A stretch of DNA of 64,000 bases from Mytilus edulis. Lineage: Eukaryota. A program made the translations under genes and the position numbers. The stretch's first letter is position 1. The number at the start of each line of letters is the position of its first letter. Below, piece after piece: positions 59,870 through 64,000 of this stretch. Under the pieces are notes generated by a model. It was not told the origin of the DNA, ran no database searches, and saw only the letters and a list, made by a program, of their open reading frames with translations. The DNA lies in NCBI RefSeq assembly GCF_963676685.1, contig NC_092351.1, positions 20,460,001 through 20,524,000 of the forward strand. The letters are read 5' to 3'.

Positions 59870-60510
59870 GTATTAAATACATGTAGTTGCTAGATATAAT
59901 TTATGCCAAGTAAAATGAAAATAGATTAGGTAGATATAATATGTTCTGGGTACAAATTATAATAGCTAATACATATCAGGTATGATATAATAATATGATG
60001 AAGGCGCTACCTTAAATGCCAGCTTTATACTAAGACAATGTCCTATATATTGATTGGTTGTTGGTTGTTTAACGTCCAGTGGCAAATATTACATGCATGT
60101 TCAGAACGAATGTCCATGGGTACATTAACATATTGTTTATGTCTAAAAGAAAATAATAAGTTCAGATGGAAAATGTTTAGGGAACGAACATTGAACTTGA
60201 AAAGGCATGAGGGGTTAACCGTTATGGTATTTTTCCTGAAAAAATATTCTGATTTCCAAATTGAGGAATAAAAAATCTGTTCATGCATCTAGGACAAAAA
60301 AAAATATTTTGAATCCAGATCTTCACCAAAAATGATTTTATCTTTTAGATATATGCAAAATAAATTTATAACTTTTATATATCTAAAAACATAAAAACTT
60401 CCCAAACCGCACATGTAAGTCTGTACACAGTAGTTTTTTAGGTGATAATAAGGCCGTATTTGCCAATTTGTTATGATGAACCTTAATACTAGTGTTAAAT
60501 TTTGACTAAA

Positions 60511-61242
60511 CTAGAATACACCCGTGATAACGCGGGTCCTTGACTGAATTAAAGTATATAACTATGCGCAAGCCTTATTTTAGTATTAGTATTGTGATCT
60601 GATAAATTAAGTCATGCCGATTATAAGATATACAGTTTTCTCTGCTATCAAATCTTTCTGTTTGAACCCGTCGAACTGGAACTTATCAATTATTGGTAAT
60701 ATTAATTATTTAGAAAGCTCCTGGAATGAAGTATTTTTTTAATCAACAGCATTGTCCTATATGAGTTATAAATAAAGTTGAATTCTTTGATTCGCTGTTT
60801 TACGTCATGCCCGCTAACAAATTGAAAACTGTACCTATACGCCTTATTTTTAGTCACAGATTTTTAGTATCTTACTGATTAAAATACTACAATAGGTAAC
60901 CATTTGACAATTTAGTAGTGTCAACCCTGTGATTATGACCCGTGTATATAGCATATTAATCCTGAATACACCGTTTGGTGGTGCGCCTGTCAGATGCGGA
61001 ACGTACAGATAAGGTAATAGGTAACAGGTGAATATACTATTGGTATCGGTATCGGACTCGACCCGGAACTTCTTAATTATTGGCAATATTAATTACGTGG
61101 AAAACAAAAGGGCCTGGAGTGGTGTAATTTTTAATCTACACCTTTGTACTATATTAGTTATATATAAAGTTGAATTCTTTGATTCGTCGTTTTTACGTGA
61201 TGACGGCTGGCAAATTGGACCTCGTAATTTTAGTATTATAGA
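60511..61242 (-). mobile_element. Non-autonomous Helitron (732 bp)
   Basis: The minus strand starts A|TCTATAATAC and ends with hairpin ACCCGCG-TTAT-CACGGGT then GTATTCTAG|T. This gives TC...CTAG termini inserted between A and T with no TSD. There is an internal duplication (~60665-60830 vs ~61055-61215). Confidence 0.8.
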
Positions 61243-62174
61243 TAATTTTAATTGATAGCGCTGAAGGGCTTCGGTAAAAAAAATCTGACTCGAATAAAAA
61301 AACATTATTTCTGATCATCTTCAGTTTGTGAGTTCTAGTCAATTTTATGTACTAATTCAGAGTCGGTTTTACGTCACTTCTTGCATATATATTTTTTTGT
61401 TACATGTACATGATGTAGCTTACTTTTCAAGTTTTTATATGACAGCAAAATAAAATTGAGAATGGAAATGGGAAATACAAGCATGTCAAAAATTTGCTTT
61501 CGAGTAAGGCTTAATCATGTCATAGTTGTTTTCAAGAAGACACATTTGGTTTCCAGACAATAACTTGAGTATAAGTGAATGGGTCTATATGGGGTTATGG
61601 TACAACATTATTGGGGGTGTTTTATCTTTTTTCAAAAGTTTGGGTTTTTCTTCCAAAAATTACCTTATTTACATTGATTATACTCATCTAGTATATATAG
61701 ATGCAACACATACTGATTTGGCAGGAGATGCACTCAAAATAGGGTATTTTAAATATTTTATCTGTAATTTGTGCATTTTTCCCATGATATGTACTTTTTG
61801 ATAATGTCGATGTGAGTATCATGATAAAGAAAATATATTTGGTAAGTATATATATATTCACAATTGACATGCGCCAGTGCACATGATTTTTTCTCTCACA
61901 GAAACACATGAGTTATTTGGTAAATAAAACACTTTTCATTGTTTGAAACTTTCAGTAATAAAAATTTAGTTTAGGGAATAATGTGCCAGATGAACATAAG
62001 TAGTCATGGTCAACCAGTGCACCGGAGTTTACCCCGCATCACTGGCATGCCGGATGGCCATTATAAAAAAAATCCGAAATGTATTGCTTGCAGAGATTTT
62101 TTCTGTGTTCCCATGGCTGGACGGAACTTTTACGCTAAATATGTTATCGTTAACTATGATTTTGTGACTTTTAA

Positions 62175-62949
62175 GGATGTATTCTTCTGACTTTTCAGTC
62201 TCGTTCAGTCTCGTTGAAATCTCGTTCTTGAATTTTTTCCAAAACATGTGATAGAAGAGAAAAATATCAATGAATTTTAAAAATATTATAAACAAACATA
62301 AATCTGTGAAAAAATTGTGTATTTACAATGAATGTTTTTTGCGTAATCCAGTTTTCAAATTTTACGACCAATCAAGTCAGTATTTTTGGCCAAAATTTTG
62401 AGAAAATGGGAGAGGGATACAAAAAATGATTTTACAAGAATCTTGTACATCCCATATCATTTTGGTCTTTTCTAATTTCTTAGTTATGTCTTTTTTTCAA
62501 TCATTTATAACAAAAAAGTTGAAATAATATGCATTTTGTTCTTAAAACTGAGAAAAATCACAAAAATACAAAATTGACAGCATGGTAAATTTTACACAAA
62601 ACAGCATCAAAATATGATAAAACTTTCTTATATTAACACCTACCTATAGTTTTTGTAAGTAAAATTTATTCAGATTGGTTCACTTCATCTTTACAGAAAG
62701 TATGAGAAAAAGTTTAATTGTGGAACTGTGATTTTTGTCATGACAATGGCCCAAAAATAGGTCAAAATCGGTGAAAAATGGGAAAAATCATCAAAATTGG
62801 GCATTTTCAAAGGGCTGTAGAAAAAAAGAAGTGCACCATCATGATTTTTTCTTCACCAATTATTTTGTTACAGTCCTATTAACCCAAAAATCAGGTAAAG
62901 AAAAAAAGTTTAATGCTGGAAATTTTTGGCTCATCAGAGGTGTACATCC
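62175..62949. mobile_element. Kolobok-like non-autonomous DNA transposon
   Basis: TTAA|GGATGTA ... TACATCC|TTAA: TTAA target duplication with purine-start TIR and extended partial complementarity (TCTGA/TCAGA). Confidence 0.65.
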
Positions 62950-64000
62950 TTAAATGGAGTACCTGTGATTATTTAGGTAATTTGTTTTGACCTCACTGAT
63001 AATGGAATGTTGAAGCAGACATAACATGGCGTCAGATGTTGTTGTCCTAACTTCGGTAATTTCCGTGGTACGATAAAATTTAAATAAGCTACACAGGCTA
63101 CCAAAATTTCTGAATTCTTGTTTTTGCAAACAAATAAAAATTCATGTCGTATTTAACATCGAAGTTATTCCGATCTGTCCCGTTTTTTCAAGATCGCGTT
63201 GAAACGTTAAATTCGGCCGCCATTAAAAAAAATAATCGTACGAGATTTAACGAGAGTGACGAAACTTTTCAGATTGGTCGTGTAGAGAGAGTAAGTTCTT
63301 TATTCAAAAACGATGCTTCTACCGTAAGAGCCAGCTAAAGCTGGCATAATAAGCAGATAAATGAAACATATTATAATATCTATTGATATCAGGTAGGTAT
63401 AATAGTTTGCTGTTTGGTGTGAGCCAATGATCCGTGTTGAAGGTCGTACTCTGACATATTATGGTTTACTTTTACAAATTTGGACTTAAATGGAGATTTA
63501 ACTCAAAAGCACTCATACCACATCATCTTATATTGATATCAGCAGATTATGATCGATTATGATATCTACTGATATCAGACACAGTGACGGATCCAGAAAT
63601 GTTCATAAAGGGGGAGAAAACACTGGCTGCAGAAGATGGGATCAACGCCAGTTACACTTCAGTGATTCCCTTTATATTCAACCAAATTTGTCCCACAAAA
63701 GTGGGTGCACTGGAACCCTGACCCACCTCCACCTCCATATACCCGCTCTAAAACAGGTCTTTGCTAATCAATCAAGACCGTACGGTGACCTATAGATGTT
63801 AATTTTTGTGATGTTTGATCTCTTGTTGGGAGTTGTCTCATTGTCAATCATACCACATCTTCCTATTTTTATATATAAATGAGATATCAGAAATATGTTT
63901 AAGTAAGAAGATACACATTACATCGAGATATCTAGTTGATACAAGGTACTTAGTATATACCACAGCTCCTGATATGTATATAGTGTGGTTCGACCGATTC

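Overview
AT-rich, intron-rich animal genomic DNA. The repeat families and protein architectures suggest a bivalve, probably Mytilus (inference). Four spliced genes were reconstructed by hand from GT-AG boundaries and reading phase. (1) GATB, the mitochondrial glutamyl-tRNA amidotransferase B subunit: minus strand, four coding exons at 196-2526, running off the left edge. No convincing same-strand first exon was found, but a good candidate lies on the opposite strand at 13089-13165. (2) A complete 13-exon tryptophan 2,3-dioxygenase (TDO2/vermilion): plus strand, 16442-29359, 445 aa. (3) A 12-exon, ~1553-aa predicted type I membrane protein (33868-51625): signal peptide, two IgGFc-binding-like domains, two FAMeT-like domains inserted into a split DxDCDG/DEDC motif, three Sushi/CCP domains and a C-terminal transmembrane segment. 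(4) The 5' part of a TNF-receptor-superfamily gene (55194->59869). Non-coding DNA is dense with non-autonomous elements: MITEs, Helentron-associated-type elements carrying ~161-bp tandem repeats, a Helitron, a Kolobok-like element, a tRNA-derived SINE, RT-element 3' tails, a 39-bp minisatellite and a 326-bp palindrome. The main signals worth follow-up are: two families of hammerhead-ribozyme retrozymes sharing a covarying structured RNA domain; a composite element of two identical 451-bp MITEs bounded by a single target duplication; the possibly inverted GATB exon 1; and the exon-shuffled receptor. Most short ORFs in the supplied track are spurious.
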